The notes beneath the pieces were generated by a model. That model did no database searches. It was not told where the DNA came from and saw only the letters and a list, made by a program, of their open reading frames with translations. A program made the position numbers and the translations under genes. Shown one piece after another: positions 51,375 through 64,000 of a DNA stretch of 64,000 nt (positions within the stretch are counted from its first letter, which is position 1; each line of letters starts with the position of its first letter). The stretch is from Marsupella aquatica (taxonomy: Eukaryota; Plantae; Marchantiophyta). The DNA is taken from assembly GCA_973895155.1 (NCBI GenBank), contig OZ316894.1, forward strand, positions 22,167,867-22,231,866. Reading direction: 5' to 3'.

Positions 51375-51730
51375 CTAGCCCAATACCTGTGCATTGCGCA
51401 AAATATGTTGAGGTGAGAAAAAGATGTCTATGAGAGAAAAAAAACACAAAGATGAGGTAAATAGGTCTAGGTGATAAAAATATGTCGAGGAGAGAAAAGA
51501 TGGTGACATGAGAAAAAGATGTCAAGATGAGAAAAAAATGTCAAGGAGAGAAAAGATGTTGAGGGTGAGGGAAATATGTTATGGTGAGATAAAGATGTCA
51601 AGGTGAGAAAAGATGGCGAGATGACAATAAAAAAGCAAGGCGAGAAAAAGATGTTGAGGAGAGATAAATATGTGAAGATTAGAAAAATATATTAAGGTGA
51701 GAAAAGATGTCAAGGCAAGACAAGAAATTT
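51375..51730 (-). mobile_element. Helitron 3' end, same family as 23554-24723
   Basis: Minus strand reads ...tttgcgcaatgcacaggtattgggCTAG|T, closely matching ...tttgtgcaacgcacgggtattgagCTAG|T, and is preceded by the same acatcttttt minisatellite. 5' end not located. Confidence 0.75.
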
Positions 51731-53389
51731 TAAGCTTTACGATGTAGTCATTGAGACATGTAATGTGTGATCCCGGCCATACACTTTTGTAGTTTCAATA
51801 ACCCACCCATTGTGGTTATTTACAAAAATTAAGACATGAGATATATGTCGGCTACCTCATTGTAGAGTCCAAGCACAATTGAGTGAGAGGAAAAAATAGA
51901 GGTTTATTTATTTAATTTTTTAGATAAATAAATATTTTATTTGTATTGAAAGTTTTTCAAAAAAATTGATATTTTTTCCAAATTTTCCAATTTAAATTAA
52001 ATGAAGTTCTTCATCTTGGGCAGGTGGGGGCAGGCTAAAGGGCATCTTGGACAAATTAATGTTCACTTGACATGGGGTACATGGATACATCTGACAGTGT
52101 TAAAAGATATTTTTTGGATGAAAGGTCAAAATTGGTTCACACTTCTTTTATTGCGGCTCCAGTTAGAGACTTTCATAAATCTGAAAATTCTGTGAAAATT
52201 TCACGTCGCCCCATAAATGTCCAACCATTAGATGGTTTGAATCGAACTATCTACATCCATTTTGTGTGTGAAGACTTGTGTGAAGGCTCATGTGGCCTCT
52301 CAAGTGAAAATGAACTGTCTTTCATACGGTTAGATGTTTTGAATCCAACCATCCAGATTCCTTTAATTTTGTGTGCAAATACTCGTGTGGTCCCTTAACT
52401 AAAAAAAAAAGAACTTTCACACCATTAGACGTTTTGAATCCAACCACCTATATTGCTTTTGCGTGTGAAGACTTGTGTGAAGAGTAATGTCACTTCTTGA
52501 CGCAAACAACTCTATCAAACTAAACCTATTCATGCTTGGATTTGACATAAGTAGGTTATGCCCTTTATGGTGCCTAATGAATGGATAGTAGTTGGGCTTT
52601 GAAAAAAAACGCAATAGTGAAACATCCATAAAGTATTGTTGTGTCCAGGTTGGGTATAAAGTGGATTTTAAAAGACAATCTATAAATAAGTGGATTTACA
52701 AAATTTGCACTAATAAATAAGTGTGGTAAGAAACATATAAAGTGTTCTTTCAACCCTCTTGAAAGGCGCTATACAAGTAAATTGGGAAAAAATATTACAA
52801 ATATAACTAGGGGTCAAAGATCTTGAGGAAGGTGGAGTGAATAAGCTCGGGTTTGGTCATGGGAAGCTTACATTGAAGTTTAATGCAAGGATTATTAAGG
52901 TGTTAACATGTGGAAGGGCTTAGTTATGAAAATATTGTTTTGAAGTGGTATTTAATGTTAGATTATTGTAAATTAAAGTCTAGAGTATTATACCTTTGTT
53001 TTAATTACAACTTGTCTAACAATACTCAAACCCTTGCATATGTGTGTACCAATTGCCTTAATTTATTTTAACATGCATGTGAAGCACACTATACCAGAGC
53101 TTCTTGAGCTCTTAGTCTGTATAATATTTCAGCTTAGAGGGCCTAAGCTCTCAGCACTGGAGATGCTCTAATCAGCCAAACAAGTTGGCCAAGATTAAGT
53201 ATTGTAGGATGGGTTGCCCATTCATTTTTCATTACCACATTGTGTCACTGTTCAGCCAAACCTTGTTCAGCCAAACCTTGGTTTTGGCCCCACTTAATTT
53301 GTTAGTCTTTAACTTTTTCTGTCAACAACCTGAACTACTAATTTAAGTTCCGTCTAATGTTGAGGATTGAAACCCCCTATTACTTCAAA

Positions 53390-53912
53390 CAGCTTTTTAC
53401 TAAACTACCCCCCAAACTGGTAGTTATTAAGATACTGCCCCCAAAACTAAAATATTTAGTATACTGCCCCCCCAAACCGTATCCCATCACTTTTAACCCG
53501 AGTACTTGACCAATGCTGTGTTCCAATTGGCCAAAAAGTAACCATAGTCGATGACCTAAGGTCAACCTTATTGCAATATCTTCTTCGCCTGGGCCCAAGG
53601 TGCAACTGTGTTCGATCACTGTGTATGGGGTCAGAACCACTTCAGGCCGCAATCCCCAATGCGAGTGCGGCACTTTCGACCCCATACACACTGATCAAAC
53701 ACGGTTGCGCCTTGAGCCCGGGCGAAGATGATACTGTGGTAAGGTTGGTCATCGACTATTGTAACTTTTTGGCCAATCGGAACACAGCAGTGGTCAAGTA
53801 CTCGGGTTAAAAGTGATGGGATACGGTGTGGGGGGCAGTATACTAAATATATTAGTTTTGGGGGCAGTATCCTAATAACTACCAGTTTGGGGGGTAGTAT
53901 AATAAAAAGCTG
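53390..53912. mobile_element. Foldback MITE, almost entirely palindromic (arms ~240 bp)
   Basis: Termini cagctttttac... / ...taaaaagctg; direct repeat ttacttcaaa at 53380-53389 and 53913-53922 (10-bp TSD, or 8-bp tacttcaa if each terminus extends 1 nt). Confidence 0.92.
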
Positions 53913-54597
53913 TTACTTCAAATCTAGTTGAGGTTCCTTAGTTTGCTACTACATAGGTACGCCCCTGGAACAAGTCATGGCTAGATGCAACGAGTGTGGC
54001 CAACCAAACCTACTCACAAGTGGGGGTGTTTTTCCAACTGTCAGCAGACCACAGCGGCAAGGCAAGATCTGCACGCCCTTAGTGGTATGTTGCTGTGGAG
54101 CTATACATTTTGGGGTATGGGTGGGTATTCTGCTGTGGAACCCTGCTGGCCCAGCAGTTAGCCCAGACTCATAGCTGCCAAAGGGCCTTGCTACTTTGGC
54201 CGTCAGCTGTGAAGGACCATGACGAGTGGGAGAGCTCTAAGGTAGTCCAAGATCAGGTCTAAGGGCCAACTTGCATGTTAGGGTGTCTTGAAAATCGAGT
54301 CCTTGGTTCAATAGAGAAAAGCTTTATCTAAAATGATTTTTATGAGGTCCAATCGAGTGACATACAGAGGGCTTTAGCAAGAAGGCCTTTATGGTCATAG
54401 TCTGTGTTCTTCAGATGCATCTCTGAACTTCGTTAGGAAAAACATTGGACAAATGGGATAGGCCACAGTCGTAAGCTTGGTGCTAGTTGGCATCTAAATC
54501 AAATACTTCACCAGTTGTAACTGAAATAATGTCTTATTCAACACCTATCCAGTTGTCAAAGCTTACAGTGGTCAGTAATGTCTCAGATAAATACAGT

Positions 54598-55201
54598 CAG
54601 TGTTTTTTTTAGGGGGGAAAATTCACTAGATTTCACCTCCCCCAAAATCCTTGGTCATTTAAGTGGCTAAAATTTGCTACTTTTTTGCTGTCTCATTAGC
54701 CAGTGTTCCACCTAATCCCAGGCTCCATTAGCCAGAATCTAATGGTCTGCCTTAAATCTAAGGAGATTAAATTGGCTACTTTTTTGCTGTCTCATTAGCC
54801 AATGTTCCACCTAGTCCCAGGCCCCATTAGCCAGAATCTAATGGTCTGCCTTAAATCTAAGGAGATTAAATTTGCTACTTTTTTGTTGTCTCATTAGCCA
54901 GTGTTTCACCTAGTCCCAGGCCCCATTAGCCAGAATCTAACGGTCTGCCTTAAATCTAGGGAGATCTGATGGTCAGGAAAATAATTGAATACAGAATCTT
55001 TTGAGCATATTCTCCTCGACACACTTTACATTTGCCCTAGTCCCAGGCCCCATTAGCCAGAATCTAACGGTCTGCCTTAAATCTAGGGAGATCTGATGGT
55101 CAGGAAAATAATTGAATACAGAATCTTTTGAGCATATTCTCCTTGACACACTTTACATTTGCCACCTTGGAGAAAAAGCGAAATCCTTAAAAAATACACT
55201 G
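54598..55201. mobile_element. hAT-type MITE with internal 99-bp (x3) and 127-bp (x2) tandem repeats
   Basis: TIRs cagtgttttttt / aaaaaatacactg; 8-bp TSD aatacagt (54590-54597) vs gatacagt (55202-55209); ctacttttttg at 54677, 54776 and 54875; cctagtcccagg at 54909 and 55036. Confidence 0.8.
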
Positions 55202-56094
55202 GATACAGTCCTAGTTTGCTTGAAGATGGGCTCCATATGATCCCCCCAGTACGAACTTGAAATTTCAGGCGTTTTGATTTGAGAATTAAAGTGTAGTGAA
55301 GATTTCGACCTACGTGGGAAACAGGCCAGAGTGTACATTTGTCCAGCAAGAGAAGCATCAATTCCATTCTTCACATGCAGGATTTAGAATCTAGGTTCTC
55401 TAATGTTGTAACTAGCCATTGTAGCTAGAGTTAGATTGAGACCAACTTTCACATGAGCACTGAGAATCTCTTTTCACTGATCGTACTACACGCGTCATAT
55501 ATTGCTCTGACATGGATGGACAGCGGTGTGAACACAATCCAGGAATTGAATCACTGCCAAGTATTCTGTCAAATAGTGGCTGAAGGTTCGAGAGGAACAA
55601 CAGCCTTCCTGGGATTTCTCCAACTATCCTAGAAAAGGAATAGAGGCGTTTCCAGTTTTCCAAAAAGCTGATTTTACTTTCAAACAAACTAATAAGTACG
55701 CACGGTGTATTGAAGAAAGGCTCCAGAAGACGACTTAAAATGAGTACATATAATCAGCCTGAGTAAACGATTCACTGAAAGGTGACACCAATGCTCTACA
55801 CCATACAGCAGATCGTGTTTCACTAGTATGTGCCAAGTAAGGCCAATGCTCCGTGAGATAGTAATGTCTATCAAAAATTTCTTTACAAATGGGATGGTAT
55901 ATAAAATTACAATTACACATCGGCCTTATTTCCTTCGAAGGGGCACCACTGCCAGTTAAACTACTCTAATGATAAGAGAGGGAGCACCCAATTAAATAAG
56001 AATGAATAACTACAACCCAAGAAAGAACAGGCGAAGGGGATCTACACACTAGCTACAATATCTGATGATACACCTGAACATTCTAACCTACCTT

Positions 56095-59000
56095 CTAAAA
56101 TTTTGCATTGAGAAGCTTTGGCCGGGCTGAGATCTGAATATCACCATAAGGAGCATCTTGATCAACATGAATATAGTCTTTTGTCTTCAGCACCTGCACA
56201 AAAAGGTCATGGTAAGAGAGGATTAGCATGAATCTACGAAAACCTGTCCATTAGACGTCTAGCACAGCCATAATGGATGTCAAAAACATTACTTGACATA
56301 TTCAATTGTACTGTCATATAGACATACATCTTCTTCAGCCACGATTACAAGAGATGAAAATTCAGAGTTGCAAATCCTCAGTGAACTTTGTTGCCGGGCA
56401 ACTAATTCGCTGCTTTGTAGACTGCAACAGTCATGTATTTATCTAAGCTTAAGCGTTCTGACCAGTCCACAGTACTTATGACACAAAAACAGAGGAATAA
56501 TAGGATCGACAAAGTTACCAGAGTTTCAAAAAACATCCGTGCAGCTTCTTTTCGCGTTTTTCCTACGAGCATCCGTTCAAGGCCAAGTTTTGCTGTACCC
56601 TCCTCTTGCCTCTTTTGCATATAGGCAGCCTTGTCTTCTAAAGTCACTCGCAAGTAATGCCCTACGGCCCTGGATCAGAAAAGGAAGCAAAATAAGCAAA
56701 ATCGTCTAAGACCTGTGAAGGTACCGGTTTTGCTCCCTGGGTGTATGCGTCATGAGCTGGAAGGCACAATAGCTTCTGTTATGGCGACAAGTAAAGCGAT
56801 GAATCTTGGTCGTAACTGTAGCCTTGCATCAAAATTGGGAGAAAACCAGCAGTATGTGTTCGTGCCAATGCCTCATCTAGTCTCAATGCGCACTAAAGAA
56901 CCGTACTGGCTTTGCACATTCGCGAGAAACCAAGATAATTACTTTATCTAACACAGTACATATTTCAGCATCTGAATAAAATCTCTCCTTCATGAAGGCT
57001 CACATAAGCTCTAGATATCTTAACGTTACGATGTATTAAGGAAAACACCTGCAAACATAGAGCAGAAGCAGAAAGTAAGAGGAAAACTTTATCAGACCTT
57101 GTTCTTGCTGACCACCCACTGTTGTCTTGAGGCAAAGATTCCTTCCTGCCAAAGTCCTTGGCGTCCTGGAAATCCTCAGCTTCTTCGACCAAATCATCGT
57201 CATCTGCTCCAAGGAACTCTGCAAACACCATCGCTTCACAGGTCACTAAAAGGGACATCTGGGAGTCCATAATTATTTCTATTTATCTGTAACTTGCACT
57301 TGAGAAATCATCTTCAATGACCACATTCCATAAGTCTGCAAGAGCTCGAATCCGGTACCTGTGTCTCTTGTGTCAGCGAGAAAACCAAGATCCTGAAACC
57401 ACCACAAATCAGGCAATTCATTAACAGCCTAAAAAAGCGAATTGAAAACTAACACTATGAAATCAGTCTTAAATCATTCAGTTGTCTGAATGCTGGTGAG
57501 GTTTAGTCTTATGCCCGTGTTTTGCTCACCGAAAAACCCAAGCACACAAAAATCCCCATCACAAATCACACCTTGACTCCTCCTACTTGAAGTAAAGTAG
57601 TATAGTTATGTGCAAATTGGCCAGAGTACGAATTAGCTCCATAATTAAATCTGACTGTGAATCTGACTCTGACCCCTCGTGTTTTTGCCTCTATTAATTC
57701 AGAATAGTCACGGTCTACCAGCGTTAGTCGAGAATTGGTGAGATTGCCTAAGACTGTCGTTCGATTTACTACGCAATAATCTGATTGTATTAGCCTGGTG
57801 CTCTTACCTCGGTGTCTTGCTGTTCTTCAGGAATTCCAACCTCGACTACAGGAGTGGGTGTGACAGGTTTAGTTTCGATATCCTCTTCAGGAATGACCAC
57901 TATTGGTTCCTCTTCCAGGATTTGAGTTGCTTCAAATTCTTCCTCCTGAACACCTTCTAGTGGCACAACTCCACCGTGAAGATCAATCACAGCCTCCTCC
58001 TCAGCAACCATCTCAGTGCCGGTCTCGAAGTCAACCTCAACCTTGGCCCCTGACTCATCCTCAGGTTTAGGCTCAGCTTGCACGTCTGCTGTGGGAGTAA
58101 TAGTCCCCTCAACCTGCGTCTCCGCTACAGGGGCCATCGTAACCTCAGCAGCCAAATTTACTAACTCAGGAGCAAGAACTTCTTCCTCCACCTGCTCACT
58201 TTTCTCCTCTTCCCTTGGATACTCTGACCCAGCCACGGGTGGATGATATTCCAATGTTGAATCCATCCCCTCGGTCATGTCAAGAACTTCATCATTGAGG
58301 TCAACAGCTCTCACATCATTGAGGTCAACAGCTACCTCATCATTGAGGTCAACAGCTCTCACCTCGGAGTCTACCACATCAGTTTCAGCCTCTGTACAGA
58401 CATCAATCCAATGTAAGCCATCAAACCAGACCTAATACAAGAGTTCAAAATAGAACCTACAATGTAATAAAAACCACAAACCTTTCAGAGGACTACTTGG
58501 AGCTGGTTCTCCCATGAGAGTTGTAGGACTCGCCACATTTCGATCCTCAGCAACAGTTGCTTCAGGTGACAAATGCAAAGATCCTTCCGCAATAGTTTCT
58601 TCAGTTGACTCATGCCGAGAAGCTTCAGCGACAACATCCAAAGGAACTGCACCTTCCACTGGATAACCCACCATACAAACCGTTAGTACAAGGTACATCC
58701 AAATAATAGCCTCCCAAATTGCAAAACGTGGCACTAGCAGAGTGAGTTAAAAACATACGCAGGAGAGAACCTTGGGCATTTCAATTTGATAGAATGATCA
58801 AAAAATTTCAGGAATCTTACAGTCGACATGTTGATATTCATCGGCAGGTACTTGGAACCCTTCGTCAACAACACCAACTTCGGCTGACCGATCAGCCATT
58901 TCATTCAAATCTGTATTTAGGTCTTCAACAAAAGGAGTAGCTTGAGGGCTAACAACAGGAGCAACTTGAGGGCATGGAACTTCTTCGCTTGCAATCACTT

Positions 59001-62000
59001 CAGCTTCAGCGGCCTCAGGTGATGAAAGCTTAGCCTCACCCACAACATATACTTGCTCGAAAAGTCCACGGAGCTTGCCACATAAACCTAAGTCAACAAT
59101 ATAGCAAAACCAACACAACCACTTAGATAATAAACCAGAAAGTCAGTGTAAAGCCTAATAATTGCGGTACCTCAAATTCTGCAGAACTCTGTAAATTAAA
59201 TTTTCAGCAGTCATATTATCGGTCAGCGTTCCAAACCTCTATTCCGTTCAAGCACCAATACACACATCAGCATAATTCGTGTGTAAGAGCAAACCCAAAA
59301 CCAAACCCAAATCTCATTGACACCCACTGCGTACCAGGGACTGACTGTTCATTGAATAGTTGCTGGTTGAGGGAATCTTTATGCACACTCCACAATTCTT
59401 GGCGGGTACAAGGTGCCTTTTTCCGAATTCTGCGGATGTCGTCTGTATTCATGAGCTGCTGCCTCATCACCCTGAAGTCGTATCACATGTCTGTTAGGTA
59501 CTATCACTGAAGGTCAAGGTTTACAGGAAACAGATCACATGATGAGCCCCGGAAGATCAAACATAGCCCAAATTAGCTTCGCAGGAGCAGTCTTATAAAA
59601 TAAGGACGGCGTTCGGGTGTAGAATTCAGGCTTACTCTGCCCCTAGGATTGTAACCGTGTCCAATACAATCTTCCTCTTCCTCAAGTTCTGCCTTTTCCG
59701 CGGTTTGACAGCAACTGTCTCTGCCGGAGTTTGAAGTACCTTCAGCGCGGGTGTTCCCCTCCCTAGCAGGCCACAAGAAGAGTCAAAGCTATAAGCCTAT
59801 GCATACCATCATGAATAAGAGATCATCAACTCCATAATTCTAAAATGTGGTAACCAATTATTTCATTTTCTACTGATTGGATCAACTGCCAGTCGATTAT
59901 GCTACGGCTCAATTATTCATGTTTGCACCAAAGACTTGAAACAGAGACAATCAGATTGACACCTCATTCAAAAACCAGAAGGTTAGAAACGAGGAAGGAA
60001 GGCCAGGGTTAGTTAACAAACCTAGAAGTGTGGCCAGAACATCATCATCCCCTGGGAGATCATCTGAGATAATTGGAGGTGGGTACCTCGGAGACTCAGG
60101 ATCAGCCATGCCTTCCTGTGGAGCCTCTTCACGAAGATCAGGAACAGCCTCCTCCTCCAGAACTAGGTCTCTGTCTTCCATAACCACATCTGTGTCCTGA
60201 AAGTCCATAGTAGGGACTTGTTCAAGCTGCATATCACTGTCCATATCAAAGACATCCGGCTCATGGATCGTAGCCGCTGGAGCAGACATTACGGTTTCGT
60301 ATTCTGGCACTTCTGTTTGATCCTCCTCTTTTTCCTCCCATTCTTTATGACCCTCAAACCCTTCTCCTACAATCTGCTGCTCTTCTAATCTTAAGTCATG
60401 CTCTTCAGGAATCCCTTCCTCTTCATCCACTTGTTTCTCGAACGTTTCTTGATCCATTTCTCTTAATGTTTCTTCTTCCACACCTCGGTCCAAGGTTTCT
60501 TCCTCCACATCTTTTTCAAAGGTTTCTTCCTCCACTTTTTTGCCAAAAAGCTCTTCCTCGAGTTCTCTGTTCAAGGCCTCTTCCTCGGTATCCTTCTCTA
60601 AGATTTCTTCCTCAACCTGTTTGTCTCCTTCATCTTTCTCCTCGTCCTGCTCAACATTCTCTCCCTCCACTTTCTCTTCACGTGGCTCTTTGTCTTCGTC
60701 GTTCACAAGTTCAGGCTCAAGTTCAGGTGCTGGTGAGAGAGGAAGGTTGTCCAATTCGTCATTGTCCAGCCGGAAATCAGGCTCCAACCGCTCTAGTTCA
60801 TCAGGATCTCTGTGGGACTGATCAAATTCGACCCCTTCCACTTCTTGTTGGTATTCCAGATCCATCTGGTCAACATTTAATCCTGGTGTCCCAGGCTCTT
60901 GGTGATCATCATCCATATCCAGTGCATCCATCCGATCCATTTGATCATAATCCAACGCAGCATCCATCGTGTTTGGTGGAATGACACTGGAAGGAGAAAA
61001 AGAGCACAAAGTCAAATATGGAACTCGGTTCCTCAGCTTGGAGTGCTTTTGAAACTGTCCTCGGGGATTCTTATTCATTTTCTCTCAACATCTAACCTTG
61101 ACGCTCTGGTGCGATCAGGTTTAACTAGAACCATTTTATGTTGGTTCCATCAAATGTCATAATCACTGTAAGAAACGGAAGCGGAGACTTGGGTCCAAAT
61201 GAAACGACAAAGAGAAACGTACAACATACCCATCCCCTATCTACAATCCCGATTTCCGAACTATTCTTTCAAATATTTCGTTTGAGTGGTTACATCATAT
61301 GCTCAAGTAATGTACAGGCCCCTAAGCACTACCAGTAAACCAAGAAAACCTGCAAAAGGATTTTAGTCCAAACTTACTCTTCTTCCAAAGGCATTTCTTC
61401 TTCGTCTTCCAACGTCATAGCGACTGGGCTTGCCTCACGAGATGGTTTGTCGAGTAAATCCTGCACCCACCAACTTCATCAGAAACATGGTGGATGCACG
61501 TTCCAAACTCGCGTCCGTGAGAAGTAATTGTCAATCTCGCAAGCTGACTACGACATCCGTCCCAACAAATGGCCCCTGACAACTCATTGTTGCAGGACTG
61601 ACAGCTTGTGGGAGAGACAGTCATTCAAAAGCCTTCCACAACTGCATATTCCCATACTTTTTCCGGTCACTTATCAGTTCACCAGCAAGCATACTCCTGT
61701 GTCCATACTACAGAGGTTCCACTACAATAACCTTGGTTATGTACATTTCTGTACCGGGTGGGCAAAATGTTGAGGAAAGTCCTATAGAGAAAAGCAGTTA
61801 CAGGAAAAGACCCTCACAGTCATTGCAGGGTTTGAGCAGCTCAAAGTACCACAAGGGGCTAGAGTCACTTCAGACCTTATAGATGGCACGTGAGCTAGAT
61901 CTGATATATTTTTTAAAATAGGAAGGACCAATGATTGGTGTGGTAAGTTTCTTGAGTGAGCAAATACAATTAAGGGTTAGATGAAGACAAACCTCGTCGA

Positions 62001-63437
62001 AATCCAATCCCAATCGAGGAGCATCAGCTTCAGGAAACCTCTCTGCAAATGAGTATAATTCACAATGAGATCAACTTTTAGTTAAATTGCATATCAAATC
62101 TATAAATCAGAATCATAAGAGCACGTACGCAACCTCGAATTGTATACCGTTAACTTAAGAACACTCAACATAAGTCTTCGAGAGTTATCAGGAATTACCG
62201 TCGAACTCAAACTGGGAACCTAGATAACTATTGTCTTCCAAAGGATCTTGCAGAGTGATCTGCTCACGACTGCTGACATGGTGATCGACACCACTGTAAA
62301 AGGAAGCAAGGACAACGAATCAGACATTGCAATGACAGCTGATCAACTTCCATCAGTGACAATCAAGTAGCCATAACGTTCACATTATTCACATCTCGAG
62401 ACAATTCTTCAATAACTGAGGGTACCGAATGAAAAGTCCAGCTAAAAACGATGAAGGAAAGCAGAGCCCCTATGTTCCAAAGTTGAGAAAGTAATCTCTG
62501 CTAACTACAGTACGTAAACTGAGCTAAAAACTTCCACATGTAGTGAGTTTGAGCGAGGACGATACATACCCATTAGAATGAAGTAGGTTTAGCTCTCTGT
62601 CAAGAAGAGGCTCAAACTCGTCAAGATCGAAAGTCTCAGGCAGGGTAATTGAATGGAATGGAGCAGTAGCAGCTTCAGGGGGAAGGTCAACGGCACCAGC
62701 ATGAAATGCCTGTTTGATCTTCACTAAAGCCTCGCTGCAGTCGTGGAATAAATAGTTCACTTTGCGAGAATAGATACGAACAACCCCCAGTAGCAAGTGC
62801 CCTGACAACCTTAGAGCGATAGGGACCTCTGGAAATAATATTGAATCTGCAAATGAAATACAGAGCGTTTCGTTAGTTAGCATAGAGAGTAACACACATA
62901 ATCGCGCCTTCAACGATGACGGCTGGACGATCTTGGAAGATTGTATAGCATGCTAATGCTATAGTTAAGATTAGCATGCTCATGCTATTGTTAAGGTGCG
63001 AGGATCAAGCAAGGCTACGAAACACTTCAGTACATCAGATTATCGCTTGGTTACATCATTATTCTTTCCTGACAGGAATACTGCTGCTTTGACATAGAAC
63101 CAGACTCGAAATTTCGTTACCCCACAGAGATATGTACTGAAATGATGATGATGGCCATGACGCAGTTTACACGTCTAATAGTAAGGTATGCTACAAACAC
63201 TAGTGTTGATCATCTTGGCTTGATTAGAACCCTACCAAGACGATCTGCTCTATCAATCGTTGGAAAAAACAACAATACTGTGCATTGAGGAGTCTGCTTG
63301 CGCAGGCGCTTACCGACTGAAACGCCGATATTGGTCTCCGTCACTTGATTCTTGCGTAGCTTCCGCTCCAAATGAGCAGCGATCCATATCGTACCCAAAG
63401 GACCTTTCTTGGCCAAAATAAATTGAGAATAAAACAT
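56095..63437 (-). CDS. RAD21: RAD21/SCC1 alpha-kleisin cohesin subunit (SYN2/3/4-like), multi-exon, with a long acidic linker
   Basis: N-terminal Rad21_Rec8_N motifs [22 protein letters not shown] (exon 63437-63314) and [25 protein letters not shown] (62846-62570); further exons 62293-62199, 62042-61993 and others; middle [18 protein letters not shown]; C-terminal [40 protein letters not shown]...AKF, with stop at 56095-56097. Confidence 0.96.
58289..58365 (-). repeat. In-frame 21-24-bp coding minisatellite in RAD21 (AVDLND x3)
   Basis: tcattgaggtcaacagct occurs three times; the translation reads [26 protein letters not shown]. Confidence 0.85.
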
Positions 63438-64000
63438 TGTTGCTGCTGTATAATTTAAGACTGAAATACTTTCAATCCCGCCCCCTTGTAAATAGAGTCG
63501 CCAGGTGCTCGAGTTCACGGCATAAATAGCGTCAAATCCCACCCCTTATACTGCCTGTAAGGCAAGCTCACGGTTGGTCGTCTTGCCTTGTACCGACCCC
63601 GAGAGCTTTTTATTCGATCAACCTGTGGGAAACTCTATGTGAAGTTTGCTCTACTGCCATAGAACCTGCATGCCTACGAAAACCCTTTTTCGAGCGCCTG
63701 CCTACATCGTCGCCAGCCAAGTCCATAATTAGTTTCCGCCCTTTTCTACCACAATAGCGGCCGTGACCGGAGACAGGGCCCCATTGAAAAATCCCTAGAA
63801 CGATCACCTCCGCCCGAGCCAACTTTGAACTCCTGTTCTCCGCTACCTATAAACCCACTTTAGTCGTCTCCACCTGCACTCCTTCGCTAAAACCCGCACC
63901 TATTCTGAAATATGAGCATCCTCTGTTTTCTCAAAGCATTACGGAAAGACCGGAGGTTTTGTGTCGCCACGCGACCCTCTTCGCCAACAGACTGTTTCCA

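Noticed and set aside
53380-53810. Mirror-image ORFs on opposite strands
   Set aside because: A consequence of the palindromic MITE.
60466-60984. 172-aa and Ser-rich + strand ORFs
   Set aside because: Antisense shadows of the Glu-rich RAD21 exon.

Overview
Eukaryotic land-plant nuclear DNA, probably a non-seed plant (inferred from compact GT-AG introns and the TE families). Four host genes: a large, mostly low-complexity multi-exon gene of unknown function running in from the left edge (+), an intronless MRS2/MGT magnesium transporter (-), a 4-exon secretory phospholipase A2 with an unusual GPI-signal-like hydrophobic C-terminus (-), and a multi-exon RAD21/SCC1 cohesin kleisin (-). Between them is a dense TE landscape: a full-length but disabled L1-type LINE with a 16-bp TSD, a full-length disabled Copia element (345-bp LTRs, 5-bp TSD, Met PBS, PPT), a non-autonomous Mutator-like element carrying a 154-bp tandem array, two ends of one Helitron family, and Tourist, hAT and foldback MITEs. 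No CRISPR array, rRNA or tRNA was recognised. All calls were made by eye, with no database searches.
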